Part shown: piece after piece, positions 20,916 to 31,967 of the stretch
Layout: every line of letters begins with the position of its first letter
Numbering within the stretch: position 1 is the first letter of the stretch
NCBI GenBank assembly: GCA_040285745.1
Contig: JAUFOR010000002.1
Location: 1,488,001 to 1,552,000 of the forward strand
Direction of reading: 5' to 3'
Length of the DNA: 64,000 bases
DNA from: Barthelona sp. PCE
Lineage: Eukaryota
Translations under genes and position numbers: made by a program
The notes under the pieces: generated by a model
What the model saw: only the letters and a program-made list of their open reading frames with translations
Told to the model about the DNA's origin: nothing
Database searches by the model: none

Positions 20916-21101
20916 TGTTGTCCAAGAGTGCCCGGTTTAGCGCTGTTAATAAGAACAGAGCTGGTGAAGAAAGGAGTAAAGTAGTTTTCAACAACTGTAG
21001 TTTGTTCTTTCTCCTTTTTCACTTTGTGGAGTTGCACATCGGCTCTGTTGGGCAGTTTGTACATATTTATCTTATTTTTGGCTCTATTTTCATCATTATT
21101 T

Positions 21102-21785
21102 ATGGCATGGAGATGTACTGGCAGTTCTAATGAAGAACTGGTTAATAATCTGTGGTCTTCAGATATAATCCACTACAAGCAGGTCGCTGAAGCTATGAAA
21201 GCAATAGATAGGGCACACTTTGTAACATCAAGTATTTCTTCTTATGCAGATGCTCCAAGTTCGATCGGTTACGGTGCAACAATCAGTGCCCCGCACATGC
21301 ATGCGTACTTCCTTGATATTTCATGGAGGGAAATGCACAAAAATGAAGTCAGTAGCATTTTGGAGGTAGGAAGCGGTAGTGGTTATTTATGCGCTGCTTT
21401 TGCAGCTTTATTCCCGACTGCGCGGGTGTTTGGAGTTGATCATATACCTGATCTTGTGAAAAGAAGCAGTTTTGTTATTGAAAGTAACTATCCTGACTTG
21501 CAAGAACGTGTTAGCATTATTGAGCACGACGGACGCACTGGGTTGGAGAACAAGAGCCCCTTTGATATCATTTTAGTGTCAGCAGCAGTGCAACAACAGT
21601 TTGTTATCGATGCACTTTTGGATCAACTCAGTGAAGATGGAATTATGCTTATTCCTGAGGGAGAAACGTCCTTTTCGCAGGTTTTCTATCTGTATAAGCG
21701 ACATGGAAATTCATTTCGTAAAGAAAGATTATTGGGAGTTGTTTTTATTCCACTTTGTTCGAAACAGGATCAAATTGGGCACTGA
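21102..21785 (+). CDS. PCMT1: Protein-L-isoaspartate O-methyltransferase
   Basis: MAWRCTGSSNEELV start, IDRAHF, ATISAPHMHA, LEVGSGSGY, DGRTG...PFDII, GVVFIPL. Confidence 0.95.
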   Translation: MAWRCTGSSNEELVNNLWSSDIIHYKQVAEAMKAIDRAHFVTSSISSYADAPSSIGYGATISAPHMHAYFLDISWREMHKNEVSSILEVGSGSGYLCAAFAALFPTARVFGVDHIPDLVKRSSFVIESNYPDLQERVSIIEHDGRTGLENKSPFDIILVSAAVQQQFVIDALLDQLSEDGIMLIPEGETSFSQVFYLYKRHGNSFRKERLLGVVFIPLCSKQDQIGH

Positions 21786-21890
21786 AGCTCCTGGACAGCA
21801 CACATTACAATAAATTTTAAGCATTATTATTGTGAAATCTTTTGTTTTTGGTTTTTTGACTTTTTCTTTACTCACATTTCGTTAATTTAA

Positions 21891-23180
21891 ATGGCGAAAG
21901 TTGACACACCGCTGATCAATGGCGATAAATGTGTCACCAAAAATTACCAATCTCGAATTAGCACCATATTCTGTATGGTGTCGACGATCTTGGGAAGCAC
22001 AGTCTTGTCGCTCCCTTGGGCAACTGCACGGGCAGGCACGGTGTCTGGGATCATTACTCCATTGGCAACATGCTTCATATCATGCTTAACAGCCATTCAA
22101 ATTGTTCAAATCGCATCCAATTTTTTTGACAGTCGTTTTGATGTCGCTGTCCAGGAGTATCTTGGGATCAGTGGCATAGCTCTTGTTCGTATGGCTTCTT
22201 TTTTTGTTCTGCTCATTGCAGCTCTCTTATATCACTGCATCATGGCTGATAATATTTCATCATTAGGCCTACCGTTTCTCACTCGCAAATCACTCCCCAC
22301 GATAGTAAGTATACTCCTACTCCCCGTTTTACTATCTCGAAACTCCACTTTCATAGTTAATATGGCAGCTTTTCTAGGTTTTCCGTCATCACTCTGTTTA
22401 GTAACATTTATCTTCTTTAAATCAATCCAAGAACCCTCCCTAAACAAGCTTGAAGCTGTAGGTGAGGACCCCTTTGGTCTGGCTGGAATTTTAATGTTGA
22501 GTTTTTTTTTGCACAATCTTATCATCCCCATATCAAAAAAATCGAATCCAAAAACACTGAAAGCCGATGTCCTCATTGCGTTTGTCATCACATGTTCTAT
22601 CTATTTGCTTGTTGGTATCACAGCAGGTATGGCTTTTGGTGATGAATTGTTACTCAAGGACATTGAAAACATATTGCTGGTTTTTAAACCCACTCCATTA
22701 ACTAATTTCGTACGGGTTGCAGTGGCTATCCAGTTATTCTGTTCGTACACCGTTGTATTTAATGTGTTAAGAACTGAAATCAAGTACTTGTACGGAAAGT
22801 CTTTGCATATTAGATCGGTACTGGTTGTTTTACCTATATTTACCTTCATTGCAACAATGACAGATAAGCTTGGCGTCATAGCTGGTATTGGAGGTAAGTT
22901 TTCGGGAATTATTTATGTTTTCTCAGTACCGGCAATAACTTATGTTGTTTTCTTAAAAAAGTCTGGAGCATCGAAAGTTAAACGATTTTTTTATTATCAT
23001 TTTATGATCATTGCGTTGTTGTTTTGTCTGTTTTCTATTACAGGATCAAGTTTAGTACAGTTATTTGTTGATTATCGATCAATTTCGATGCTTGTTGTAT
23101 TTTCTTTCTTATTCATCATTGAAACATACTACATAACAGTGTATCGCAAGGATAAAGATGATTATAAGAATATTGTTTAG
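21891..23180 (+). CDS. Amino acid transporter, AAAP/SLC38 family (SLC38A9-like)
   Basis: TIF...STILGSTVLSLPWA, AGILMLSFFLHN, about 11 TM helices. Confidence 0.85.
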   Translation: MAKVDTPLINGDKCVTKNYQSRISTIFCMVSTILGSTVLSLPWATARAGTVSGIITPLATCFISCLTAIQIVQIASNFFDSRFDVAVQEYLGISGIALVRMASFFVLLIAALLYHCIMADNISSLGLPFLTRKSLPTIVSILLLPVLLSRNSTFIVNMAAFLGFPSSLCLVTFIFFKSIQEPSLNKLEAVGEDPFGLAGILMLSFFLHNLIIPISKKSNPKTLKADVLIAFVITCSIYLLVGITAGMAFGDELLLKDIENILLVFKPTPLTNFVRVAVAIQLFCSYTVVFNVLRTEIKYLYGKSLHIRSVLVVLPIFTFIATMTDKLGVIAGIGGKFSGIIYVFSVPAITYVVFLKKSGASKVKRFFYYHFMIIALLFCLFSITGSSLVQLFVDYRSISMLVVFSFLFIIETYYITVYRKDKDDYKNIV

Positions 23181-23201
23181 TTTATTTATTAGTAAATATA
23201 G

Positions 23202-26200
23202 TTAGAAATCAATGTATTGATATTCACGAGCCTTACGCATAAGATTACGTACAAGTTTACGTAGAGTAGAATTGGTTTCCTCAGCAAGTTCAGCAATGAA
23301 CGGAATACACTCGCTGTGCGTGCAACTAAATTCGCTTCCAAGTTTCTCATAAAGTGCCAGCTGAATGTTAAGCACAAGTTCCTTAACCAGATCGCTCTTG
23401 AGCTGGGCGAAGAGGAACATATTGCGAGAGAGCTCCTTATAAAGAATGTCGTTGGATGCAGCAAGCATGAGATCGAACAATAACGGTTTAACGACGTCAT
23501 TAGCGAGCTCAGGCTCGTTAGAGATGTGCACAGCATTCATCAACTGTACCGTGGGCTTGCAGATATCGTTGAACAGAGTAATGTTGATATCCTCTAGGTA
23601 ATGATAGGCGGATAGCGCATAGTTGATAACGCACTCGAAACAGTGGGACTCTTTCATCGTCAGATCGTCGTACTTATTTGCAAATGTGAAGACACCAACC
23701 ATGTAGTCAACGAAACGAGGGAAGAAGGGGGAGAAAATGAACTGCAGTTTGTCACTGAAGACTGTAAGGCAAACAAACAAAGGTATTAAACGATCAATGT
23801 TAATGTTCATCTGCTCCTGACGGATCTTGAGCGCGATGGTCTCATCATCAGCAGTACTATCAACGTTAACTAAGAAGTCAAGACGCTCAACGATACCGAC
23901 AAAGAAAATCTCGCCACGTTGGAGAATACACTGCAGCAAACTCTCAGCAACAGCTTCTTCAACCAGAACAAAATCACCGTGCTCAAGGATACTGAGACTG
24001 GAACGGAATGTTAGGAACTCAAAGAGCATGTCCAAGAAAGGTTCCAATAAAGCATCAGAATTAGCAACCTGAGAGATTACTACCTTGAGAACACGAATCA
24101 TGCTAACAAAGTACTCGATCTCGACAAGGTCAACACTGCTCATACATTTATCGTAAAATTCATAGATCTCGTCATCAGGGATTGTTTCAATAATACGCTC
24201 TTGTAAAGAGTTTGCCATCTTGGTAAGCTCAGCCTGGATAATTGGGTGGGCGCAAAGAACGACAATGACATCTGCCTTGCTGCGCAGCATGGTAGGGAAG
24301 ATTACCGAGATACGACCCAAGAGACGTACACATTCACGTATGACTGTGAAGGCATTAGAAACGTCATCTTCGTTCTCTTCCTCTGTTTCATCGTCGGAGA
24401 AGTGCTTGTCGAGGATATCACTGATCATTGTCATGGACAGATTTACCAATTTTCCGATTGAGATGAGGGAATTCTTTTGAACGTGGTATAATAGACCGTT
24501 AATAAAGTTAAGCATCTGATGACAGCGGACGTACGATGCCTCAAAGTCATAATCCTTACCGAGCTTCTGAAGTACAACCTGGAGGGTATCCATCTCACCA
24601 ATACCAGCAATGGTATTGAGGAGTAGAGTTGATGTGTTGAGACTCAGTGCGAACATGTCGTCTTCACTGTCGAACAACAGCTCAGACACACTCTTGAAGA
24701 TGGAAACAACAAGCTCTGAGCTCTCTTCAGATAACAGACTGGTGTTATTGTGGAAAGTTGCTAAATTCTCATCAATTGTTCGTAACAAGAGACCGAGTAC
24801 ACGTTTGATCATCACGTCATCACGCTCATCTTGTTCGAACACAAACGAGGTGATGATTAATACCTCACCATATTCAAACACATCTTCGATTAGTTCGGTC
24901 AGCTCATTGAGAACGGTGAACAACTCTTCATTTCGTACATCTTTCAGTGTATGCAATTGGTACAGGTCAATGAGAGACTCGATGAATGATATATCGGTGG
25001 GTGTATGGTTGAGCACATACTTACTGATGATGGAAACGAGTTCCAATAATCCTTTTTTAATTTTCTCAGCAGATAAAAGACTTGACCACTCCTGCATTTC
25101 AACAATAAACTGGTCATATGTTGCACAAGTGAAGCACAGGAAGTTAATAAACATACCAAGGAGCTCAACGTTGATGACGTCATCGGAGAAAAAGATGTAT
25201 TGTTCAAATATTGTTGCGTAGACAGCAATATCATCAATGGTTAACAACAACTTGAACATATACTCGCAGCGGTCTTCCTCCTCAACCAGATCTACGATGA
25301 AGTTGATGAATTTGACGAATTGAGCGTGTGGGATCAAGTGACGAATACGGAAAAGCTTGGAGAGCACTTCTGCCTCGTTCTCCTTATTATCACTGAATAG
25401 CAGGGGAAGGATTACCTTTGTGATCTCAAGGAAGCGCTCAAAAGCACGTGTGCGCTCGATGATACTTGCGGAAGCACTCAATCTGGTGAGGACACGAAGA
25501 AGTGATTTTCTTGTCTTTGAATCGACATCACCCTCGCTCAGACGCCCACACATTGTTACGACGCACGAAAGTGCAGCGTTGGCAACGGGGAGGTTGAAGA
25601 CCTGAATAGCGAGATTTACCAATGAGTTGATTAACATTATGTCAACAGCGAATAGTTCGAGCTTCTTGATGGTGACAACAAACAGTTCGCAAAGAGCAAT
25701 GCTCTTATCGGCTTGACCAATGAATAACTCATCACCCTTTGTAACCAAAGTCTTGCAAATATCTAAGACGTCATCGGCTTCACCAACGCTGATAAAGAAA
25801 GAGATATAGCGGACGTTGGTATGATCGTTAGGTTGTTTCATTAATGAGTGCATCTTTGCCTTAATCATATCAGAAAAGTCTTGCTTCTTAAGAACACTGA
25901 GAGCTACATCACGACTAATTGGATGTGTCCAGTACTCAAAGATGTACGCCTTCATGACGGCCTCAAGTGAGTGGACGGAAAGCTTTTCAGCAAATGCGGC
26001 TACGTGGTGGGGGGAAACCAGAAGCATCGCCTTGATTGCGGCGTTGACGTACACGCTTGAGGTATTCTTCTGATCAATGATCTTTGCAAGCTGCTCAACA
26101 ATGACGGAGTGCTCTGACACACGCATGAATAGACCAAAGAACTCGATAGAAAGTTCGCTGTCAACTGCGCTGTGAGGTAGCTTGTAGTAATCTAATGCAA

Positions 26201-28841
26201 ATGCACATCCTTTGAGAAGCTGAGAAACAACAGTGACTGGGACATACTCCTCGTCTCTACACAGATCAACACATGCTGAAAGAGAGAAATATATAAAGGG
26301 AATCACATCCGACTCGTCCAGTCCGGTGATTGCACTGTTCAGGTCACTGCCAACCTTGATACCTTCAAGAAGCTGTGAATACATGTTGGTTGAAAATTCT
26401 GGTGTGAGTTGGAGATCGTACTTTGATACAATTAAAGATTCAGTATTGGTGCTGAAGAGCTCCAAAAGAGGTTTGTAAAACTTCTTGTTTTGTGTGATGA
26501 GAGACAACATAACAGCGACAACGGATGTGTTCATGTCTGCCTCACTCATAACGTTGACGACTGTGGACAAAATAATTGATGAAATTACACTACTATCAAT
26601 GATATCGAAACATTTGATGAGAGCAAGTGGTGTTACCGGTTTGGCGACCAAGGGAGACAAGAGACCCAGGAGAAGACGGGGGAACGGGCAATATGTGCTA
26701 AGCTGAATGATCACAGGGATAGCAAACTTGTAATCCTCATAACAGACTTGATCCAACAAGAATTGTAGGAAACGCATTTTTGCGCAAAAAATATCCTTCT
26801 TGAGAGTATAGCTCTCAATCGGGAATGATTCTTCAGCTAACATGAAAGACATGATCTCTTCGATATCGTTGAGAGGAATGCTGGATGATTTCAATGTCTT
26901 GTAAGTTATGAGCTCGACTATTCCGGGGATCTGCACGTCTTCGAACTGGAGGCACAACATATCACCGGTCTCTTCCTCAGGTTTCTCAAAACAGAATGCA
27001 GTGAGAAATGCAGCGAAAGCAAAAGGGTGCTGATCTTCGTTGTTGACAAGAAGTGTGATCATTTCAACAAAAAAAGAGTGAAAGGCGTCTGGATCTTTGA
27101 GCATAAGCTGAAAGAGTGCAGTTCCTAAGACAGTTGCCATGAATGAAAGCATTTTTCCAGCCTTCTCCTTTCCAGTGAAGTCTCCAAAGTCAACGCTATA
27201 TTCATCAACACACTTGAGGAACTGGTGGTCGAGCATGCTCATGGACACAGCAAAGTCGACAAAAGTGCCAGGATGGGTAGCTGCGTAATCAACCAATTGC
27301 AATACGTGGAGGTTAGACAGGGGAAACTTTTCAAAAACAACAGCAGTTGGCATTTGACCGTTTGAGTATCGGAAACACTGGATGAGAGGGTAAATGGGAT
27401 CTTCCATTGCTTCAAGGTGTTTAAAGAGTGAAGGGAGCGCATCTTCATCAAAAAGTGTTGCATATACACTTGCTGGTTGGGCGTTCACCATGAGCTCAAT
27501 GATATTATGCTGTGCATCTTCGATATCTGCCTCAAGAAGCTTGCCAACTAGGGTTGCCTTAAGCTCGCTATCTTCACCGTTGAGAACAGAACGAATAGAA
27601 AGACCATCAACGACGAATTCAGGTGAAACTTCAATGTCAGCCTTGAGTGCTTGGTTCAGGCAAGCATCAAAAACTAATCCATTGGAAAAAGAAAATCGTT
27701 TAAGAGTCATAAAATCAAATCTGTTAAAATTCTTACCAATAATCTTAGCTACTGGCTTTGGGATGTTCTTCTTTGCAGTGTAGAAGGCATCTATGAACTC
27801 GATAGCTGCCTCGTACTGCTTAGAAACAAGAAGAGAATTGACCATAACGTAGTTGACCTTGTCAAAAGCTTCATACTTTGATTGATATCCGACTAACTTC
27901 ATGGCTGTTTCGGGATTAAGATCAGCTATTACAAGAAACTTGTACTTTTTCAAATTACCGATCGAAATGATCAAAAAATCAATCAGGTAATCAATTTTGG
28001 AACAGTGTTTGTGAACTAAATTGAAAAGGTTAGAAATAACATCATTCTTCAGGTTAAGACGCAGTAAAACGTTAAACAAAACAAGCAAACCATTAATCTT
28101 ATTGTTAGTAACATTATTTTTAATTAAATAAACAAAACCAGTCAGAATTAATTGAATTAAATCATTATTTCTGATCAATTTCTGATTACTGAGCACGGTA
28201 AGAGATGTTTTAACGAAGAAATTGATGAGTGTAGTTGAAACATAACGAATCTTATTGGAATTTATCTTTTCAATAACCTTCATTAAAATTCCAGGATTAT
28301 CTCTGATACAGTTGGACATATCTTCAAAATTCATCACCTTTTCGTTGACCTTGATACCCTCAAGGAAGTAAAAATCAGTATTATTTAGTTCACAACATTT
28401 AACCAAACGAATGAAAAGTTCTTCTTCATGATATGGAAGGAATGATGTGATAAGGTCTGTGAAACAGAGACTGTGCACGTTGAACTGGCGGATAAGCCAC
28501 TCAATGATTGAATGAGACTCTTGATGCATGAAATAATCACTAAGCAGAGGTAAAAACTCTGAAACTTTGGATAGAGTTATTTTAAGTTGCTCTGGAGTGA
28601 GGGTTTCCACGTCTACTTCCAGTAGTTGATCCGAGAAGATGGAATCAAAGTCAAAAAAGCGCTTATCCATTGAACATAGTCTTGAATAACAGTAAAGTGC
28701 ACTGTCGAATATCTGACGGTTAGAATAGTGAGTTGCTGTCTTGGGATTGAACATAAAAGATACGCCCCTTTGAGCAGAAGCAAAGCTGCTCTCAGTAATG
28801 CTTGCCAGTTGCTTTGATAAAGATGTCTTAACGGAAGGCAT
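23202..28841 (-). CDS. UTP10: U3 snoRNP protein UTP10/HEATR1
   Basis: N-terminal TSLSKQL...SFMFNPKTA, IEWLIRQFNVH, FLPYHE; HEAT-like body; C-terminal IPFIAELAEE. Confidence 0.9.
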   Translation of the reverse strand: MPSVKTSLSKQLASITESSFASAQRGVSFMFNPKTATHYSNRQIFDSALYCYSRLCSMDKRFFDFDSIFSDQLLEVDVETLTPEQLKITLSKVSEFLPLLSDYFMHQESHSIIEWLIRQFNVHSLCFTDLITSFLPYHEEELFIRLVKCCELNNTDFYFLEGIKVNEKVMNFEDMSNCIRDNPGILMKVIEKINSNKIRYVSTTLINFFVKTSLTVLSNQKLIRNNDLIQLILTGFVYLIKNNVTNNKINGLLVLFNVLLRLNLKNDVISNLFNLVHKHCSKIDYLIDFLIISIGNLKKYKFLVIADLNPETAMKLVGYQSKYEAFDKVNYVMVNSLLVSKQYEAAIEFIDAFYTAKKNIPKPVAKIIGKNFNRFDFMTLKRFSFSNGLVFDACLNQALKADIEVSPEFVVDGLSIRSVLNGEDSELKATLVGKLLEADIEDAQHNIIELMVNAQPASVYATLFDEDALPSLFKHLEAMEDPIYPLIQCFRYSNGQMPTAVVFEKFPLSNLHVLQLVDYAATHPGTFVDFAVSMSMLDHQFLKCVDEYSVDFGDFTGKEKAGKMLSFMATVLGTALFQLMLKDPDAFHSFFVEMITLLVNNEDQHPFAFAAFLTAFCFEKPEEETGDMLCLQFEDVQIPGIVELITYKTLKSSSIPLNDIEEIMSFMLAEESFPIESYTLKKDIFCAKMRFLQFLLDQVCYEDYKFAIPVIIQLSTYCPFPRLLLGLLSPLVAKPVTPLALIKCFDIIDSSVISSIILSTVVNVMSEADMNTSVVAVMLSLITQNKKFYKPLLELFSTNTESLIVSKYDLQLTPEFSTNMYSQLLEGIKVGSDLNSAITGLDESDVIPFIYFSLSACVDLCRDEEYVPVTVVSQLLKGCAFALDYYKLPHSAVDSELSIEFFGLFMRVSEHSVIVEQLAKIIDQKNTSSVYVNAAIKAMLLVSPHHVAAFAEKLSVHSLEAVMKAYIFEYWTHPISRDVALSVLKKQDFSDMIKAKMHSLMKQPNDHTNVRYISFFISVGEADDVLDICKTLVTKGDELFIGQADKSIALCELFVVTIKKLELFAVDIMLINSLVNLAIQVFNLPVANAALSCVVTMCGRLSEGDVDSKTRKSLLRVLTRLSASASIIERTRAFERFLEITKVILPLLFSDNKENEAEVLSKLFRIRHLIPHAQFVKFINFIVDLVEEEDRCEYMFKLLLTIDDIAVYATIFEQYIFFSDDVINVELLGMFINFLCFTCATYDQFIVEMQEWSSLLSAEKIKKGLLELVSIISKYVLNHTPTDISFIESLIDLYQLHTLKDVRNEELFTVLNELTELIEDVFEYGEVLIITSFVFEQDERDDVMIKRVLGLLLRTIDENLATFHNNTSLLSEESSELVVSIFKSVSELLFDSEDDMFALSLNTSTLLLNTIAGIGEMDTLQVVLQKLGKDYDFEASYVRCHQMLNFINGLLYHVQKNSLISIGKLVNLSMTMISDILDKHFSDDETEEENEDDVSNAFTVIRECVRLLGRISVIFPTMLRSKADVIVVLCAHPIIQAELTKMANSLQERIIETIPDDEIYEFYDKCMSSVDLVEIEYFVSMIRVLKVVISQVANSDALLEPFLDMLFEFLTFRSSLSILEHGDFVLVEEAVAESLLQCILQRGEIFFVGIVERLDFLVNVDSTADDETIALKIRQEQMNINIDRLIPLFVCLTVFSDKLQFIFSPFFPRFVDYMVGVFTFANKYDDLTMKESHCFECVINYALSAYHYLEDINITLFNDICKPTVQLMNAVHISNEPELANDVVKPLLFDLMLAASNDILYKELSRNMFLFAQLKSDLVKELVLNIQLALYEKLGSEFSCTHSECIPFIAELAEETNSTLRKLVRNLMRKAREYQYIDF

Positions 28842-29194
28842 TGTAACTTGACTTTTTAAACGTGTTTAACGTGATGTAAAGCAAGAAACAAGAGACAAAA
28901 ATGAAAGTGCTTTTCTCTGCGTAAGTGCAATTTTACTAATTTTATGATTAAGATTTGATGTTTATTATTTCTTTTATGTTATATGATCATCATTTCCAGT
29001 GGATAAAAGAAATTTCAAAAGGTTGTAAGTGGGCAGGCAAAATTTCATATTAATTTCTTTGGTTTCAAAGCATAATTTGTAATTTAATATCAACTATACT
29101 GCACATTTTACTTGAAAAAATATGCAAGATGTTGCTTTAAAAAATTTATCTTTCTTCAACCTTTTCTCAGGTTTTTAAACATTTATAATATAGA

Positions 29195-29797
29195 ATGCAG
29201 TCTATTCTTGAAAGGGCATACAGCCAGATTGAAAAGGGTATTAAAATCGAACAGCTTTTCTTAGATGGTGTTAGAATCAGAACATTTTCCAATTTTCCCA
29301 ATGATTTTCCGGACTTAAAGACCATAAGTGCCTGTGGAAGTAATGTTCGTGAGCTCGGTGAGGGCTTTATACTTGAATCTGTTGTAGAATTAAATATTAG
29401 TGATAATCCAATTAATTCCCTCGCCAATATTAATAGATTTCCTAATTTACGTAAGTTATTTATTTCTAACACAAACATTGAACTGTCTTGCTTTGAGGAA
29501 TTAAAAGAAATGAAGAAGCTTCGAGTTTTAGATTGTGATTCTATAGAAGATGTTGATGAAGTGTTCGAATACCTTGATCAGTTAGAAATTGTTAATGATT
29601 TGAACAGGAGTGGTGAATCAGCAGATGTATATATTGATTCTGATGAAGATTTCGATCAAATGGAAGAGAATAATGAAGATCTTGAGGATATTATTGATGA
29701 TGCTGAAGTAGGAATGCCTTTAGCAAATATTGCTCATGAGTTTGTCGAGGGTTATGACCAAAATGGAGGGTTCCCGATGAAGATGCAAGCCCGTTAA
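29195..29797 (+). CDS. Short LRR protein with acidic tail (ANP32-like)
   Basis: LRR units (LNISDNPI, LRKLFISNTNI, LRVLD), VFEYLDQL cap, D/E-rich tail. Confidence 0.6.
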   Translation: MQSILERAYSQIEKGIKIEQLFLDGVRIRTFSNFPNDFPDLKTISACGSNVRELGEGFILESVVELNISDNPINSLANINRFPNLRKLFISNTNIELSCFEELKEMKKLRVLDCDSIEDVDEVFEYLDQLEIVNDLNRSGESADVYIDSDEDFDQMEENNEDLEDIIDDAEVGMPLANIAHEFVEGYDQNGGFPMKMQAR

Positions 29798-30121
29798 GAA
29801 TTTGTCAAGAAAAATCTACATTATAGTGTTTTGTTCTGGAACCATTAAGTTAATGTGGTAACTTTAGTTGTAGTAAACCCTTTAAACAATATTATTTTTA
29901 TTTTAAGGGATATGTGCAATACTTTTACAAAACACTCCACAGTTTACCAGTTAAAAGCTACTTTCTTAAGGTGAAATTGTATTCAAATAATGTATATACA
30001 GGGTAGCCGATTGTAAAATTAGAATAAATAAACTATATAAAGAAATTTGAACCTTCTTTTATGCATACAATATTTCATCCTTTTCTGTCAAGATAAAGCA
30101 TAATCGCACATCTAAAGTCAA

Positions 30122-30685
30122 ATGGCAACAAAATGTACTGAAGCACTCTCAAGATTGGAAGAGCAAACTGGAATTCCCATCGCTGAACTCGATGTAGTCA
30201 AGTTATTGGGCCTTTACCCTGCCATTGAGAAGATGGACAGTTCATTATCGAAGCTTAGTAACTGTGAACAACTTTCAATGTCAACAAATGCAATTGAACG
30301 TATTGGTTCTTTGCAAGGTCTTCATTCTCTCAAGATTTTGAGTCTAGGACGCAACCAGATCAAGAGAATCGAGAACCTTGATGCCGTTGCTGGTACTCTT
30401 GAACAATTATGGTTAAGTCATAATAATATTGAGAGACTTACCGGTCTATCTAATTTACAGAACTTAAAGATCTTATTTGTCCGTTGTAACAGAATTAGTT
30501 CACTCAGTGAGATTGACAGATTGGTTGATTTGGCTTCTTTAGAAGAGTTAGATTTAAGAGGTAATCCAATTGTTGAAACATTAGGTGATAACTGGAGACC
30601 AGAAGTACTTCGTAGGTTAAGGAATTTGAAAACTTTGGATGGTATCGCTGTAACATTTGAAGAAAGTCAGTTATTCCAAAGTTAA
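30122..30685 (+). CDS. DNAL1: Axonemal dynein light chain 1 (LC1)
   Basis: IEKMDSSLSKL..CEQLSMSTNAIERI...LKILSLGRNQIKRIENLDAVAGTLEQLWLSHN...LKTLDG. Confidence 0.93.
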   Translation: MATKCTEALSRLEEQTGIPIAELDVVKLLGLYPAIEKMDSSLSKLSNCEQLSMSTNAIERIGSLQGLHSLKILSLGRNQIKRIENLDAVAGTLEQLWLSHNNIERLTGLSNLQNLKILFVRCNRISSLSEIDRLVDLASLEELDLRGNPIVETLGDNWRPEVLRRLRNLKTLDGIAVTFEESQLFQS

Positions 30686-30718
30686 AATGTAAAATTTCGA
30701 GTTATTTACATTGATTTT

Positions 30719-31663
30719 TTAAACATTTTCGTAATTGATTGAAACTCCGCCTTTTGGCTTCTTTTCGTCCTTCAGAGTGAATACAGACACCGAAATGACT
30801 AAACAAAACAATGATATAATTTCTCTAATATTGATTTTATCACAGAAAAAGAAATAGTTGTAGAATACGCTCCAAGCGTTGTTGAATAACATAGAAAGAC
30901 AAAGAAGTGCTGCAGATTTAAAACGGACTACTAATGGTGCAAAACAGTAAACACACATTAATAAAAAAGTAAACAGAAGAACCAGTAACATAATGTTTTT
31001 TCCTTCAACAAAATCAAAGTTGACAAAGCATTTGTATTCAGCAGCAAAAAATATTGCTAGAGCAAGAGGTAAACCTCTCATACCTAGATGAGCCCATAGA
31101 TCCGTCAACGAATCAACATCCTTTAACTGAACTTCAAGCATGATGTTGCTTGTTCCGTATAACAACGCAGCGCCTAATGCAAAAAGATTACCAGCTAAAC
31201 GCGAGTGACATAATGAATCAAAACTGCCGCTCCCTAAAATTTGGGTAACGACTGCTGCAAGTGTAAGAGCACACATTGCCCAGTGTGTGAATGTGTATCT
31301 GTGTTTTAAGAATAATACGCTGGCGATAAAGACCACAGGCGTACTAAACCATAAAATGATCGTTACAGAAACAATTGTAGTCTGTCTGAATGCCCTGACT
31401 ACTAGATAGTTCGCCATGACGTCAGCTGTGCTATAAACCCAGAATAGAAGGCTAGTTTTTCTAGATATCTTTATATTTTTCTTTTTTAAGTTAAAAAGTG
31501 CCAGTATCATGTATGTTAGTAGAATTTGGAAGCTTGGAAATGAAAAACCATATTCTTTTGAAAGCTTTTGAGATACTAATGAAGATGTACTGGTTGCCCA
31601 TGCACATATCTGGCCCAATATTACAGCTCTAGACACAGAACCTGTGTTAGAAGCTGTTGTCAT
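30719..31663 (-). CDS. SLC35F1/F2-like DMT-superfamily transporter
   Basis: ILGQI, FPSFQ...Y, ADVMANYLVVRAFRQTTIVS, GNLFALGAALLYGTSN. ATG at 31663 chosen as the likely start. Confidence 0.85.
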   Translation of the reverse strand: MTTASNTGSVSRAVILGQICAWATSTSSLVSQKLSKEYGFSFPSFQILLTYMILALFNLKKKNIKISRKTSLLFWVYSTADVMANYLVVRAFRQTTIVSVTIILWFSTPVVFIASVLFLKHRYTFTHWAMCALTLAAVVTQILGSGSFDSLCHSRLAGNLFALGAALLYGTSNIMLEVQLKDVDSLTDLWAHLGMRGLPLALAIFFAAEYKCFVNFDFVEGKNIMLLVLLFTFLLMCVYCFAPLVVRFKSAALLCLSMLFNNAWSVFYNYFFFCDKINIREIISLFCLVISVSVFTLKDEKKPKGGVSINYENV

Positions 31664-31967
31664 GTATTTTAAAAAGTATAAACTCCGATTAAAGGGAAAA
31701 TAAATCAAAAACATCTGACTTTGTGTTTCTATCTTACAATTATCAACAAACACGGGGTATTATATATGTGCTAGTGCCCCTGTAAGAGGAAACACCTAGC
31801 AGACAGAAGTTATTCAATGAATTGCATTTGCAGGCGAATCAATTGAGATTCTGTACGATTAATATACTGAATAAAACGGTGCAATTGTGGGTAACAGAGC
31901 ATGTTTGTTGTTTCTTTGCATGCAGAAATGTTTTACATTTTTTATCCATTTCTGTGGTTTTAGTTGC

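Noticed and set aside
21024-21101. GTG/TTG or upstream-extended starts in the ORF track (PCMT, SMC3, SLC35F, LMBR1, HMG, BRCT, kinase)
   Set aside because: Eukaryotic context; family homology begins at downstream ATGs (or the upstream exon for the kinase), and the extensions are T-rich leader sequence.
28900-29195. GTAAGT...CTCAG as a possible intron upstream of the LRR/ANP32-like gene
   Set aside because: Splicing gives an out-of-frame short peptide; the gene has a satisfactory ATG of its own.
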